From Octopus vulgaris (lineage: Eukaryota): a stretch of DNA of 64,000 bases. The translations under genes were made by a program, and so were the position numbers. Shown in pieces: positions 1 to 13,940 of the stretch. The stretch covers positions 88,846,001-88,910,000 of the forward strand of contig OX597817.1 of the NCBI GenBank assembly GCA_951406725.2, written 5' to 3'. The number at the start of each line of letters is the position of its first letter. The first letter of the stretch is position 1. The notes beneath the pieces are model-generated. The model did not search any database, was not told where the DNA came from, and was given only the letters and a program-made list of their open reading frames with translations.

Positions 1-192
1 CTTGAAAACTAAATGTGACGTAGAATTTCTGTTTATTTTTTTATTCCTTTTTTTTATTCCTCACGTTATCATAAATTTAGATATACTGGCTTTTCTTAGA
101 ATATCATATTTCTTCTTAACGTACTTTTTGCACGCGTTCATGTATTATAGATATTATTTCAGTTTGCTTTGAACTAAACCTGTTTCGGGTTA

Positions 193-303
193 CCTTGATG
201 ACATTGTGTTCGCAATTTTTTTTTTTGTATTTATTGGTTTGACAGGTATTTGGTACCTTTTTCCTTTATCTAAATATACTGGTACAATAGAAACAACCGT
301 CGG
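193..303 (+). ncRNA. Degenerate type I hammerhead-like motif with very long stem/loop II
   Basis: cc-TTGATGA-cattgt...acaata-GAAAC-aacc-GTC-gg; upstream of a (TA)n tract at 361; C3 altered and stem I short. Confidence 0.35.
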
Positions 304-371
304 CGCTGTATGGTGTAATCAAGTAAAGATGTGATATTCGCCATTCTTGTTCATGTTGTTTTATATATATG

Positions 372-425
<54 letters not shown>

Positions 426-639
426 TACATGCATATATGGATACAAAATATATATTTATATTTGTAGTATAATATATGGATTTGTAGAATAGTGTGGTTA
501 TCAAAGCTCATCTTGCAGACTCGGTTAACAGACGACTTAGCAATTCAATGCAGAGTTCCATGCAACTGAAATCCAGAAGATCCGATTATTTTATAAGACA
601 TATATCAACAATTTACGTCTTATTTTATAAGACGTATCT

Positions 640-925
640 TAACAATAAAAGGTCAGGAGGTATGAGAGATGAATATATTTATTTAACCACTTGTCATCCT
701 TAAGATTACGGCTGTTTCGCAACCCTCTTCATGTATTAATACTAACACAATGTATTGTATTGTAAAATGTGTTGTGTACATATTAGTGCTGATTTATAAA
801 CATAATTTATTATATACTGAAATTATTGTTACATGAAGAATGTTGCGAAACGGCCGTAACTCAAGGGATGACAAAGGATTAAATAAATGTATTCATCTCT
901 AATATCTTCTGACTTTTTATGTTAT
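640..925. mobile_element. Fold-back (inverted-repeat) Penelope-like non-autonomous element with decayed HHR in each arm
   Basis: Diverged inverted arms ~640-737 and ~828-925; right arm has ATGAAGA...GAAAC-GGCC-GTA; ends in (TA)n. Confidence 0.55.
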
Positions 926-948
926 ATGTAAATATATATATATATATA

Positions 949-1118
949 TTGATAAAAATGGTAAGACAACAAAAGAATGAAAGAGACCTCGATATTATGT
1001 AAATGGAGGAATTTATCTGTAAATGTAATATATGGCAATTATTCGGTAGCCATGATAAAATATCCGAAACTTGGAGTTTTATCATGGCTACCGAATAATT
1101 GTGACATATTACATTTAC

Positions 1119-1123
<5 letters not shown>
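949..1123 (-). mobile_element. Short fold-back element between (TA)n tracts; hairpin loop holds the 3' half of an HHR
   Basis: Arms 1014-1060 and 1077-1123 nearly perfect; loop/junction reads tcc-GAAAC-ttgga-GTT. Confidence 0.6.
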
Positions 1124-1169
<46 letters not shown>

Positions 1170-1177
<8 letters not shown>

Positions 1178-1185
1178 CATACATA

Positions 1186-1228
<43 letters not shown>

Positions 1229-2305
1229 GTGTATATATGTATATGCATTGTCTATATATATATATATTATATGTATGTATTGCGTATGTATATTGCATGC
1301 ATATATTGTGTATGTATATTACTTACATGCTGTATGTGTGTATTGTATGTGTGTATATATATGCTAGGTGTATTTGTGTGATATTTATATTATGTATGTA
1401 TGTGTGCGTGTGTTGTGTGTGTGTGTGTGTGTGTGTGTGGTTATTGTGTGTGTATGTGTGTTATATATCTGTGTATGTTATATATAGATACATGTTATAT
1501 TTGTGTGCTGTGTGTATATGTGATATATGTGGGTGCGTTGTGTGTGGGTGTGTGTGTTCTGTGTGTGTTGTTTGTATGTGGTGTGTGTTTGTATACTATG
1601 TGTGTGTGTGTGTGTGTTGTTGTGTGTGTGTGTGTTTGTGTGTATATATATGTGTGTGACAAACAGACGCTATCTGACCAGCAGGCACCAACACATCTAT
1701 TCACACTCGCATACTAACCTCCTGATAACCCCAAAATCATTCATGCATAAAGGGGAAGTATACACCACATTGGCTACTTCTTCTGTTCTCTCAGTTCAGC
1801 CTTTCTGCTAATACTGACAGGTCAGTAAAAACATACTTAAAATATTCTGAGATGTACAAAAAATCCATTTTAATTTTTGCTGTCAAAACGCTGTATATAT
1901 ATACCAAAGATTGTATATATATACATGTAATGTGACAATTTGCGACAACCAATAATTAACGCAACCAATTCCTAATAATATATTTGTTTTATCCTTTTCT
2001 GCCAAATTTTCCCAAATATTCTCATCACACTATTGAACTTCTCTGTTACCAAACACTATATTTATACATGTAATGTGACAATTATGTATAAAAAAACATT
2101 TTTGAATTCATAATATCCAATGTGACAATTATGTAAAAAACTTTTTTGAATGCATAATATTCAATGTGACAATTATGTAAAAAACTTTTTTTGAACCCAT
2201 ATTATTCAATGTTTCCTTAAATGTAACTTTTGACAATCTTTTACCAAAGAGTGAAACCGGTTAAGTAAATAAACATCGTTTAAATTGCATTTTCAAACCT
2301 TTTTT

Positions 2306-2308
<3 letters not shown>
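1170..2308 (+). mobile_element. Microsatellite-rich Penelope pLTR-like element, diverged copy of 31200-32284
   Basis: Colinear similarity to 31200-32284; internal ~42-bp tandem repeats at 2070-2210; HHR variant at 2226-2266 then AATAAA; flanked by (TA)n. Confidence 0.75.
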
Positions 2309-2351
<43 letters not shown>

Positions 2352-2357
<6 letters not shown>

Positions 2358-2742
2358 TTACATTATATAAAAGGGCTTAGTAAAATAAATTACTTTGCCG
2401 CATACTGAACTCATTAGAAATAGCAGCTAAAAAAACTTTTTTAAAACTATTTCCAATACTTAAAGAAAATCTCTCTCATATAGTGTTTGCTCAACTCAAC
2501 TCACGAGTTGAGTTGAGTTGAGCAAACACTATATGAGAGAGATTTTCTTTAAGTATTGGAAATAGTTTTAAAAAAGTTTTTTTAGCTGCTATTTCTAATG
2601 AGTTCAGTATGCGGCAAAGTAATTTATTTTACTAAGCCCTTTTATATAATGTAATAATTTGAATTCGCCTTAAATGGTCCCTTTGCATACTGAATACTTG
2701 GTGAAATTGATTAATCAATTAATTTTACCCTCAATTGTTGAA

Positions 2743-2743
<1 letters not shown>
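2352..2743 (+). mobile_element. Fold-back element: ~150-bp near-perfect palindrome plus ~85-bp tail, inside (TA)n
   Basis: 2352-2500 is the reverse complement of ~2510-2659; centre (ACTCA)n/(TGAGT)n; (TA)n on both sides. Confidence 0.75.
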
Positions 2744-2773
<30 letters not shown>

Positions 2774-2924
2774 TACATATATACATACATACATACATAC
2801 ATACATACATACATACATACATACATACATGTGTATTGGTACAGGACGTCACGAACGGCGCAAATAACATGAAATACGTAAACAACGATAAAAATATGGA
2901 AAACAGGACAAGTAAACACGGAGA

Positions 2925-2992
2925 AAGGACCCTTCATCAGTTGTCGTCTGTCTATCTACTCCTCATTTCGAGCATTCAACGACAATATGAGG
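2925..2992 (-). ncRNA. Putative pseudoknotted/permuted hammerhead ribozyme (copy 1)
   Basis: Minus strand: cctcAT-A-ttgtcgt-tgaatgctc-GAA-Atgagg-linker-acgacaa-CTGATGA-agggtcctt; stem III cctcat/atgagg, stem I ttgtcgt/acgacaa. Confidence 0.6.
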
Positions 2993-3531
2993 CTTCAAAG
3001 GCAGTTACTCCCATAAATTCTAGGATTTATGGAGGGTCAAAGTTGGGAACAAAAACATGACTGTGGAGACATAAATGGAAACCGGACGAAAACAAACATG
3101 GAGGGTCGTTAGACCAGAACGAGAAAAAAATAGTGAACGCTAGGAGGAAGCTGAAAATAAAGAAATTTAGGAGAAACTTTTTTGAGAGAGAAAAGATGTG
3201 TGTGTGTGTGTGTGCGTGTGTGTGTGTGTATACATTCATATATGTTTATACACCGACATGCAAAGCACGTATTTATATGCGTGTGTGTTGGGGTGTGCAT
3301 GGTTGTCTGCGTACAATCGCGCGTACGTCTGCATGTGTGTATGTGTGTGTGTGTATGTATGTGTGGGTGTGCGTGCGTGTTTGTGCCTACTGCACGCACG
3401 TATCGTTACATTGTGTGCGGTATAAAAAAGGGCGTGCTCAATACATACAATGTTATGTTTGAAAAGTGTAGAATTGTGTAGATTAGTATACATACAAGTA
3501 CTAATGCGTAAATACATGCATAAACTATATA

Positions 3532-3744
3532 CAAGAGGGTGCTGAAAAGTTCCTGGGTTTGGGTAAAACAAAATACAGGAGGATCAGTTAACTATGATTT
3601 TATTCAACATATTCACCTCTCTGATTCACACATTTATTGTAGGAGTTCAGTTTTTCTAAGCCTCGAGGAAGAATCGGAAGGTTGGGCCTCCAGCCAGGCC
3701 TTTCGCGACACCCTTAAAGCCAGGAACCTTTCAGCACCCTCTCG
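3532..3744. mobile_element. Mariner-type MITE
   Basis: Terminal inverted repeats c(a)agagggtgctgaaaagttcctgg / ccaggaacctttcagcaccctctcg, TA on the left; related remnant at ~46480-46647. Confidence 0.75.
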
Positions 3745-4154
3745 TGAATATATACTTTTATTATTTTACAGTAATATAGGTTCTCACACAAATGCATACC
3801 TTACATAAACATGCAGTTCTCCATCTTTCCTTCCATCCATCCATCCATCCATCCATCCATCCATCCATCCATCCATCCATTCCTTCCATCCATCCATCCA
3901 TCCTTCCATCCATCCATCCATCCATCCATCCATCCATCCCTCTCTCCCTCCTCCACCCCTCCCGCCCCCCTCCATCGCTCCATCCATACATACGCCCATG
4001 CCTAAATATATGTATACATGCATGCATAAATACATATCTGTGTACATGTATACATGTACACGCATGCGTGTGTTTGCGTCTGTCTGAACGCTCATATATT
4101 CACAAAGAACAGATGCATACACACGCACACATGTTTGGACACACACACACACAC

Positions 4155-4221
<67 letters not shown>

Positions 4222-4599
4222 CATATATATATATACATATATATATACACATATATATTTATGTATACATACACACTAAAAATATATTATAAATATATAT
4301 GTATGTACACATAGATAATGCATGCATACTGAAGCACGACCGTATACTTACTAACATAAAGGCATACATACACATACAAATACACACATTTCATACACAC
4401 ACATTCACCCATCTCTGTCGTCTCTCCAGCCACCTCACTTCTTTAGCTCTCTCTTCCCTTCGTATCCCCGCTGTCTGTCTGACTGTCTGTCTCTCTCCAT
4501 TTCCTTATATATCCCCTCTGCCATCAAAAGACTATGGCCTCAACCCTCCCCTTGTACCCCTGCTCAGACATAGATAAGAAAATTGGTGACACCTCATTC

Positions 4600-5680
4600 T
4601 CTCTCTTCCGCCTGGCAGCAGTACTGCCATCACGATCGACCACCTCCATCACCACCGCCGCCTTCACTGCAATTACCACCAAAACCTTCACGACTATCAC
4701 CACCATCACCGCCACCAACCCTACCACCTGCGCCTCATATGTACTACCACTATCACCACCACCACTAACAACTTACTGCTCAGCTACCCCCAACCACAAT
4801 CATTACGTCTATTACCCACCAACACCACTACAGCCGCCACCACCACTATCACCATCACCATCATCTATCGTAACCACCAGCTCACATCTCCCACTATCAC
4901 ATACTTCACTATTACTACCTCCACTACCACCACCAGAAATCCACTATGTCTCCCCACCACCATTGATGTAATAGAAGTTATATAGCGGGAAGGAAGTCAG
5001 AAGGGGCAGGTAAGATGTGTAGGATGCGGAAGTCACGTCCATTCATCATCACTGTATTCATTCTTCCTCACAACTCTTCTCTTCTCTCAATCTTTCTCTT
5101 TCTTACAAACACGAGCTTCTCGCACTCAGTCTTCCTTTTTACACTCATACTCTCTTTCTCTCACTCTCTCTTGCTTGATTCTCTCCATTTCCCTTTCTCT
5201 CTCTCTCTTGATATCCCGTTCTTTCATTCATTCAAAAATATACTTCCACTCTCTTTCTCCTTTACATTCAGACTTCATACATGCATGCATACATACACAC
5301 ATACATACATAGATATATACATACATACATACATACATACATACATACATACATACATACATACATACATACATACATACATACATACATACATACATAC
5401 ATACATACATACAAACATACATACAATTTCTCTTCCCCTTTTCGCGTTCGCGCACACATGCATAACACGTAAAGCACATATACACACAAACTCATCCTGT
5501 CTGTCTATCTGTCCTCTTCTTGCCTCATTTTATCTTTTATCTCTCTATCCGTCTCTCTCACGAACTCACTCCGGTATCACACATTTACACATGCACACAG
5601 ATACACTCAACACATACATATAGTACAACAAGCATACACACACACACACACACACATATATACACTCATGTATACATACA

Positions 5681-5718
<38 letters not shown>

Positions 5719-5736
5719 TAATAAATAAAACATATG

Positions 5737-5773
<37 letters not shown>

Positions 5774-8700
5774 TAGATAGATGATAGATAGATAGATAGA
5801 TAGATATGTATGTATGTATGTATAAATACATATACATCTTCACTGTTACGGGCATAGACGCACAAATAGTCTTCACAGAGAGATATAAGCACAGACACAA
5901 ACACCTAACATAAACAGAAGCATACAAACATACATAGGCACTCGCGCAAACACATATACATACACATACACGCACACATACAGACAGCCTATTAGACAGA
6001 TGTACATATACGGACGGATTGGCACACATACACACACTCGAGCGCATACACAGATACATATAGATGCAATTAACGCTACCACCACCTCCACCACCACCAC
6101 CACCGCCATCGCCACCAACTCTGCTAAGTACATCACCACCACCACCACCAATACCACTACCACCAGTATTTTCGTTACCGTCAATACCATCACCATCAAC
6201 AACCTTTATTATAACTGACAGCACCATCAACATTTTAATCGCCACTATTAATATTACAACCACCACCACCACCACCACCACCACAACCACCACCATTACC
6301 ACCACAATCACTATTACATTCACTGTGACCACTGTCACTACCACTACAACAGTAATAGTAGTAGTAATGGCAACATCAGTTGTAGCTGTAGTGTGCAGTA
6401 CCAGTACTACTACAACTACTACTACGCACACCACCACCATCATCATCACCATAATCACTACTACTGCCTACATCAACCACCTTTGCCTACCACAAAGAAC
6501 AAAGAAAGCACCTCCAGCACCAACACCATCAGCATCACTATTATCGCAACCACTACCACTAAACATCACCGTAATATTCTTTCATTCAGTCAATACAACT
6601 CTCTGCACCTACACCGCCACTATTCCTCCCACTGTCTTCCCTCCTCCACACTTCCAAATTTTTTTCCTTCACTACGAAGCACCATCACGACCACTACTAC
6701 TATCACAGCCGGTAACACAACCACCAACAGCACCGCCACCATTAAACCCCCACCATCACTATCACCATCTTCCAACGACATCTTCCTAAACTACCCCACT
6801 CTCTCTCTCTGTCATTACCCGTTCTTCTTTCTTTCTTCATTGCCATCCCTTCTTTAAAAAAAAAAAACTATCTGCTTCCACCCACAACTCTTCTGCCATT
6901 ACCACAGATCCTACATTACCATCCTCCTCATCCATTCTAAGACTGTAGGCTGACTGTAGTGGAGGCGGGAGGAATGGTTGTAGTGAGGGAAAGTTATTGA
7001 GGGAGGGAGAAAATGTAGGAAGTGGAGGAAGTGAGTCGTCTCTCCTACCTCCTCTTATAGCAACCGACCTTTTTTCTTCCTCCCACCACCACAGAAGCCT
7101 TCCACTCAAACCCCTGCCCTCCATCATAATATTCCTCCACCAACGCCATCCTCCTCATTAAACCCCATCATCTCGACCCCACCACTTCCACCCACCATAA
7201 TCCCTTTCCCACTAAACCCTCTCCCGCCACTACCCTTTCCACCCACGCATTGTTCGTTCGTCCCATACTACGACCTAACCACTATCAGCAACCTCTTTCC
7301 CTCTCCTATGCTACATAACCAACGCCCAGGCACCATACCACAACCAACTCTACCACCCAACCAGTCTGCTACCACACTATCACACCAGCACTAGCATTAC
7401 GGCATTTGCAACCACCATACTTATCCAGCACTACCACTTAAGCTACAACCGTACCACCATACCAACCACAGCTAAATTACACTACTACTACAACTACAAT
7501 CACACAACAACAGCGACCACTGCTATATTACACTACCACCAGCACTGTTACCTAAATTACAATTATACTACCACACAAACAGCTATATTACACAATCATC
7601 CGTACCACTACCCAAACTACAATCAGATTACCACACCAACCACCGCTGATACCATTACCAAAACTACAATCAGTACTATTACAACAACCATCGCCATATA
7701 CCACCACCACTACCACACCACCATCAACTCTACAACCTAAACTACAATCACATTACCACACCAACCACCGCTGAGTTATACCACCGCTGATACCATTACC
7801 AAAACTACAATCATTACTATTATAACAACCATCGCCATATACCACCGCCACTACCACACCACCATCAACTCTACAACCTAAACTACAATCACATTACCAC
7901 ACCAATCACCGCTAATACCACTACCAAAACTACAATCACTGCCACACCAACCAATGCTGTATTCCACCCCCACTACCACCAACACTACTACTAAACTCTA
8001 ATCACACTACATCATCCACATCATATATTCCACCACTACTACAACTACAATCACTACCACACCAACCACCGCTATATTCCACTACCACTACTACCTATAC
8101 TACAGTTCCATTACCACACGAACTACGGCTATATTACACTACCATTAACACTACTACTTAAACTACAATCACTACAACCATCATTACTTCCCAAACTACA
8201 ATCACACTACCACACCAGCCACAACTATAGTACACCGCCATTAACACTACTACCTAAACTACAATCACACTACCGTACCAACCACTGCTATATTACACCC
8301 AACAAAACTACTACCCAAACACTACCACGCCAACCACCTACTATCACTCTAACAACTTCGGACTCTACCTCTTCCCCTTACTCCCCAACGTTTCATCCGG
8401 CAACCACCTCCTCATCCTCCATCTACCACTTCCACAACCGCCTCTACTCCACCCCCACCAATGGACACCCTTCGTTTTTTTTCTTTTAACTTATCAGTCT
8501 ACACACCAACTCCTACACTTCCTCCACACTCACACACGCTGTCTACAGACGCTACACGCTATAAACACACACTCACGCATGCTATAGTAACACCACATAC
8601 ATATATATACACATACATATACGCACACACACACACTAGCTACACCACATACATATATACATGCACATACACACTCTATAGACACTACATGTACATAGAC

Positions 8701-9560
8701 ATACAACCTACAGACACATTTGCATACACACATACGCGCGCGCACTCACTTTATACATACTCCACATACATATGCATACAAGGTTGAGACTCTCCACACA
8801 CACATACACAGTCTACACACACTCCACTCACATATACATTACACTCCAGACACTGCATATGCACACGCACACACACAGAGGCAGATATACATACGCGCAC
8901 ACTCAATAAACATTCCACATGCATATGCATACTATGTACAGACAGCACATACACACATACATACACATATACATAGTCTACAGACGCATTACCGACATAC
9001 ACATTACTTCATGAACACTACATACGCACACACACATACACACACAGAGATATACACATATACGCAGACACAGTTATGCACACACATACACATACACAGC
9101 TATACACACACACACACCGTACAGATACAACTCTCACTACTATTACTGCTATAATTCCACCACCAGCAGTCACTACAACGACGACCGAAATATCATCATC
9201 ATCACAACCAGCATCAATACCACCATCACTTCTCGCCACCATCGCCATTACCAGTTATTCCACTATTACCACTACTATAACCATCACCAATGCCAACGAC
9301 AACGCAGTCACCGCCACCACCACACCACTACCGCCACCACCACACCACTACAGCTACCACCACACCACTACCGCCACCAACACCACTACCACCACTACCA
9401 TCAATAACAACAACACAACTGCTACCAGAACCACCACAGCTATGATCACCACCACAACCACTTCCCTCGTTCTCCTCTACCCACTTCTCACCACGTCCCA
9501 CCCGTGCGCCTCTTCTCAACCTCCTCCTCCGCCACTTACTTACCCTCCCATTCCCTCTAT
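4600..9560. repeat. Low-complexity CAC/ACT-rich and CA-rich degenerate micro/minisatellite region
   Basis: (CAC)n, (TACA)n, (TA)n tracts; ACTACAATCAC-type minisatellite at 7400-8340 with a ~140-bp internal duplication. Confidence 0.8.
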
Positions 9561-10991
9561 ACTAACACTTACACTTTGCACATACACACTGGCTGTATGT
9601 AGCACAGACACATAAATGAATACACATACGAATACACATATTCAGTAAGTACACACAAGCAGTGATGCACATTCACACATACACATACACACACACGCAC
9701 ACCCACGTAAGCGTGCGCACGCGCATTCATACATACGCAGAAAGATACACATGCAGATACACAGACACCTATACACACGCAAACACACACATACAGACAT
9801 ATACAAACGCATATATATATATATACATACACAGGATGCACGCATATTCATACATAAACATTCATACAGACACATACACGCATAAACGCAAACACTTTCT
9901 TACTTCCCCCTTCTCTTTCGTTTTGTCTCTTTTCCTTTTCTTCACATAAACGCATTCTGTATCATGAACATACATCACGCAGACTCACACGCACAAAACA
10001 ACAGCAGAAACACACACACCATACGCGTGCACGCGGGCATACGCAAACACACACTCACTCTCTCTCTCTCTCTCTCTTTCTCTCTGTTACACACATTCAC
10101 ACTCATACACATTCACAGAACATACACGATATATGCATTTTTAAGTACATACACATAGATAGCAGGCATTAGGAGCACACACATGAATATCACAACATGC
10201 AGCAGACATGCACATAAACGCAACGTTCAATAAACATTAATATGCATACACACACTCACACGCACAAGCACATTCAGGCATGAACGCGCGCACACACACA
10301 TGGACTCATACGCATTTGCTGAACACATACACACTCAACAATAACAGTGAATACACACGAACACACAAGATACACCCAATCACATATACAAAGCACATAC
10401 ACGCAGACATACCACACAGAAAAGGCAGTGGCATAGAAAGCACGCAAGAAATATACCACACACACACACACAGAAGCATATAGACAAAGGCGCACACTTG
10501 CAATCAACTAGCTTCAACAAGACATATTCACAACACACACCACACGCAAAGCGACACGCACACACACATACACACTATCATACATATACGGAAAACACGT
10601 ACATGCAAACACACGCGTACGCAAGGAACATACGCATGCATTTATATACTCGCACATACACACAGATACTCAGCATTCAGAGACAAGCACGCAAAGAATA
10701 CACACCCGCAACACTGGTATATACGCGCACACGCATGCATGCACGCACACACACACATTCACATGCAAACACACACTCGCGCGCGCGCGCGCACACACAC
10801 ACACTCTCTCTCGCGCGCACACACACACACACACAGATACTCACTAGCTGTTTCAAATTCTGCTCGCTTGTGGCATTAAGACCCTTTAAGATGCTTACAG
10901 GTCTGCATCTGCTGTCGAGCTAGTGTTGTCTGTCTCTACTACCGCTACTACTATTTTCACCACCACCACCACCACCACCACCACCACCACC

Positions 10992-11046
<55 letters not shown>

Positions 11047-11429
11047 TCAGCAATTTCAGGGTTGACTTGCAATTAAACAACAAGGTCACATTAAATAATA
11101 CAGACCTGGTTATAATGTAGTCAACAGGATGATCACGGATGGAACAGCTTTGGATATAGGTTAGAGCTGACCTACAACGAGAGGAAGGAGTTTGCATTAT
11201 TGTTAGATTATTTTTTTATTTCCGATTTTCTCTTAGCCTACCCCACATCGCTCGTGGACGTCGACTCCAAATCGAGAGTAAATTTCCTCACCAGACTGCA
11301 CAAAATGACAATTGCGTGTGCCAACTTTGAGAGAGTACACAGTCCTGCATCCTGCGTACACAGTCCTGTATCACGGATATACAACATAAGGGCCTGACCA
11401 CCAAGCTTGAAGATCCTTACAGGATTATA

Positions 11430-12123
11430 AAAGAAAATAAGCGCTGTGAAGTTGTAGCCTCGACAGTTCCCTAATATTCAGGCAAGAAACGAGGAGAGAG
11501 AAGATAAAAAAAACTAGAGCAACGAACAATGCGTTTAACAATGTAAAGGAAAAACGCGAACGTTTCGGATAATGGTCCTTTGTCGAGAAAGTATAGGAAA
11601 GAAAGAACAACATTGAATCCATGATGTAAATATGCTGGGAGGGTACAGGCAGTGATGGAGTCAAGAAGTTTATTTTATTAATTATTATCTCTCTTCTTTT
11701 GTTCAGAAAGGTGAATAATATTGAAGGAAATAAGCGTAAGAAAAATAGCGTGTGTGTGAGTGTGTTTGAGTGTGTGAAATAGGGTTTTATGTGTGTGCGT
11801 GTGTGTGTGAAATAGGGTTGTGTTTGTGAGTGTGTGTGGTGAGTGTGGATGTGTGCGAGACAAACATGGGATATGAAATGAAGTGTGTGTGTGGTATTTT
11901 TATATGTGTGCGTGTGTGCGGGCGAATAGAATGTTATGTGTATGCGCAAGACTGATTCTGTACAAATGTATGTGAGTATGTTGAGTAGTGTAAGAGTGTG
12001 TTAGCGGATAGTTGAGTAAGGGGTTAATGCGTGTGCCTCTGAAGGGTGTAGGTAAGGAAGTATGGGGTATGTGCGAAGAGATAGGTGGTAAAGTAAGAGA
12101 AGTGAAATATGTGAGAAGTATGC

Positions 12124-12158
<35 letters not shown>

Positions 12159-12269
12159 TGTGTGTGTGTCAAAAGAGTATTTGGTATGTGTGTAAGGTTT
12201 TGCGGGAATAAATGTGTGTGAAGATGAGTAAGACGTGATAGCAATACGTCATACTGTAGTGTGCGTGTA

Positions 12270-12316
<47 letters not shown>

Positions 12317-13940
12317 CATCGTGCGCGTGTGTGTGAGTGTGTGCATGTAGGGATAGGAGTTCAATGGGACAGTTGCATGCCGAGACGAAGTGTTTGCCTT
12401 ATAGATTGTAAGAAATAGTTGCTGGAAGCACGTGCTGTACAGACGATGAAGAAAAGGATCTCCCTCCCACCACTCTCATATTCCATCCTATGACACTCCC
12501 ATCTCTTCCAATACCACCCTGTTGCTCTCCACATTTTCTCGAATATTCTCTTCCTCCAGATATGAACCAACCACAGTTCGTACTACACACACTTTATCCA
12601 ACTTGGACTTTTTGCATGCTCCCCACCTTCCCCTGTAATACCTAAATCGTCATTCAGAGCATCATCACTTTACTTATAACGAAATTATCTTTCTATGCCA
12701 CGACCTGCTTCACTTTCGCCTACACTATGAGATGCTAACTGTGTGGTTTACTTTACATAATGGAAACTGGCCCTGGTTGGATAATTGTTTCAGGGAATAC
12801 TCAGGCTAGCAGCTCACTACTTCAGTTTTCTTGGCCATATCCATCGACACCTTGCTATTTAGAGGAGTTATACAAAATCTGGCTCTTCCGCTTCCCGACT
12901 TCGTCGTGAACAACAATTCATCTTCCGCTGAAACATGTCTTGTCCTGCTGGAATGACAACCAATTTGCATTCCTGTAAAACACTTACCTACATATGCATT
13001 ATAATTTACTACTGCTTTTCTACCTATATACCCACACACTACATACATATACACACGCATTCACCTACTCTTGTTACACATTTCATCGAACATCCGGCAC
13101 ACACACCAACACTCTCAATAATGCCTGCACACGACTTACCCATTCCACATAAACACACTCATTCTCAAACAATCTCGTCCACACACTTAACTCCCTTTTC
13201 ACTCCTTCACTCGCATACACATATATTACCGTACATCAAAACATATTTCACTTCGCTTACTTCATCATTCACCTCAACATACATCCACGTCATTAGCCCC
13301 TTGTACACACCGCTCACTAAAACTCCGTCTTACTCATCGTTCACAAACAGTTGCACACACCTTAGCTCACTCTCTTAACTCCCTATTCGCTCACACACAT
13401 ATACAGGTATAAACATATACGTGTTTTATTTAATTTTCCACGCTTGTCACGCATAAACCTACAAAACACACGCACCCTTACACACCCACATACAAACTCA
13501 CACCCATATATTTACTCACACACACAAATCTACGAACGCACACATACGAACACATACACACTTACACACACTCACACACTTACACACACAGACACACACA
13601 CGTACAAACCTATTTTACGCATACTTTAGTTGTTTTTCTCATGCTAGTCATGCTTGTTTCTCTTACCATTGTTTGCTCATCTGTGCTAAAATACCAAAAG
13701 AACTTTGTTACTTTATTACTTCCCTACTACTAAAATATGTTGAAGCAACAATTTTAATTTCTTTCCTTTCATTATTTCTCTCTTATCTCTCTTGACCCAA
13801 AGGACCATTGTCCAAAACGTCAAATTATTCCCGTTTCCTTCTCACCACAACGTCGACTACATAGAGTCTGTACCTTGTTCGTTTATTTCGTTGTTTGTTC
13901 TTGTCTTTTTAAAATCTTTTTTCTGTTTCATTTGGATATT
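11430..13940 (+). mobile_element. Old 5'-truncated Penelope retroelement: inverted pLTR + GIY-YIG remnant + pLTR
   Basis: 12700-12975 translates to CGLLYIMETG...CFREY and RRREQQFIFR-like...PAGM (GIY-YIG and C-terminus); 11960-12120 is a diverged inverted copy of 13230-13345; decayed HHRs at 11556-11588 (-) and 13793-13826 (+). Confidence 0.65.

Noticed and set aside
2925-2992. HDV-like ribozyme reading of the pseudoknot
   Set aside because: No P3/L3, P1.1 or P4 equivalents; hammerhead core nucleotides are in register instead
6064-9615. Pro/Thr-rich mucin-like ORFs
   Set aside because: Degenerate CAC/ACT repeats open in several frames, without credible splice or start context
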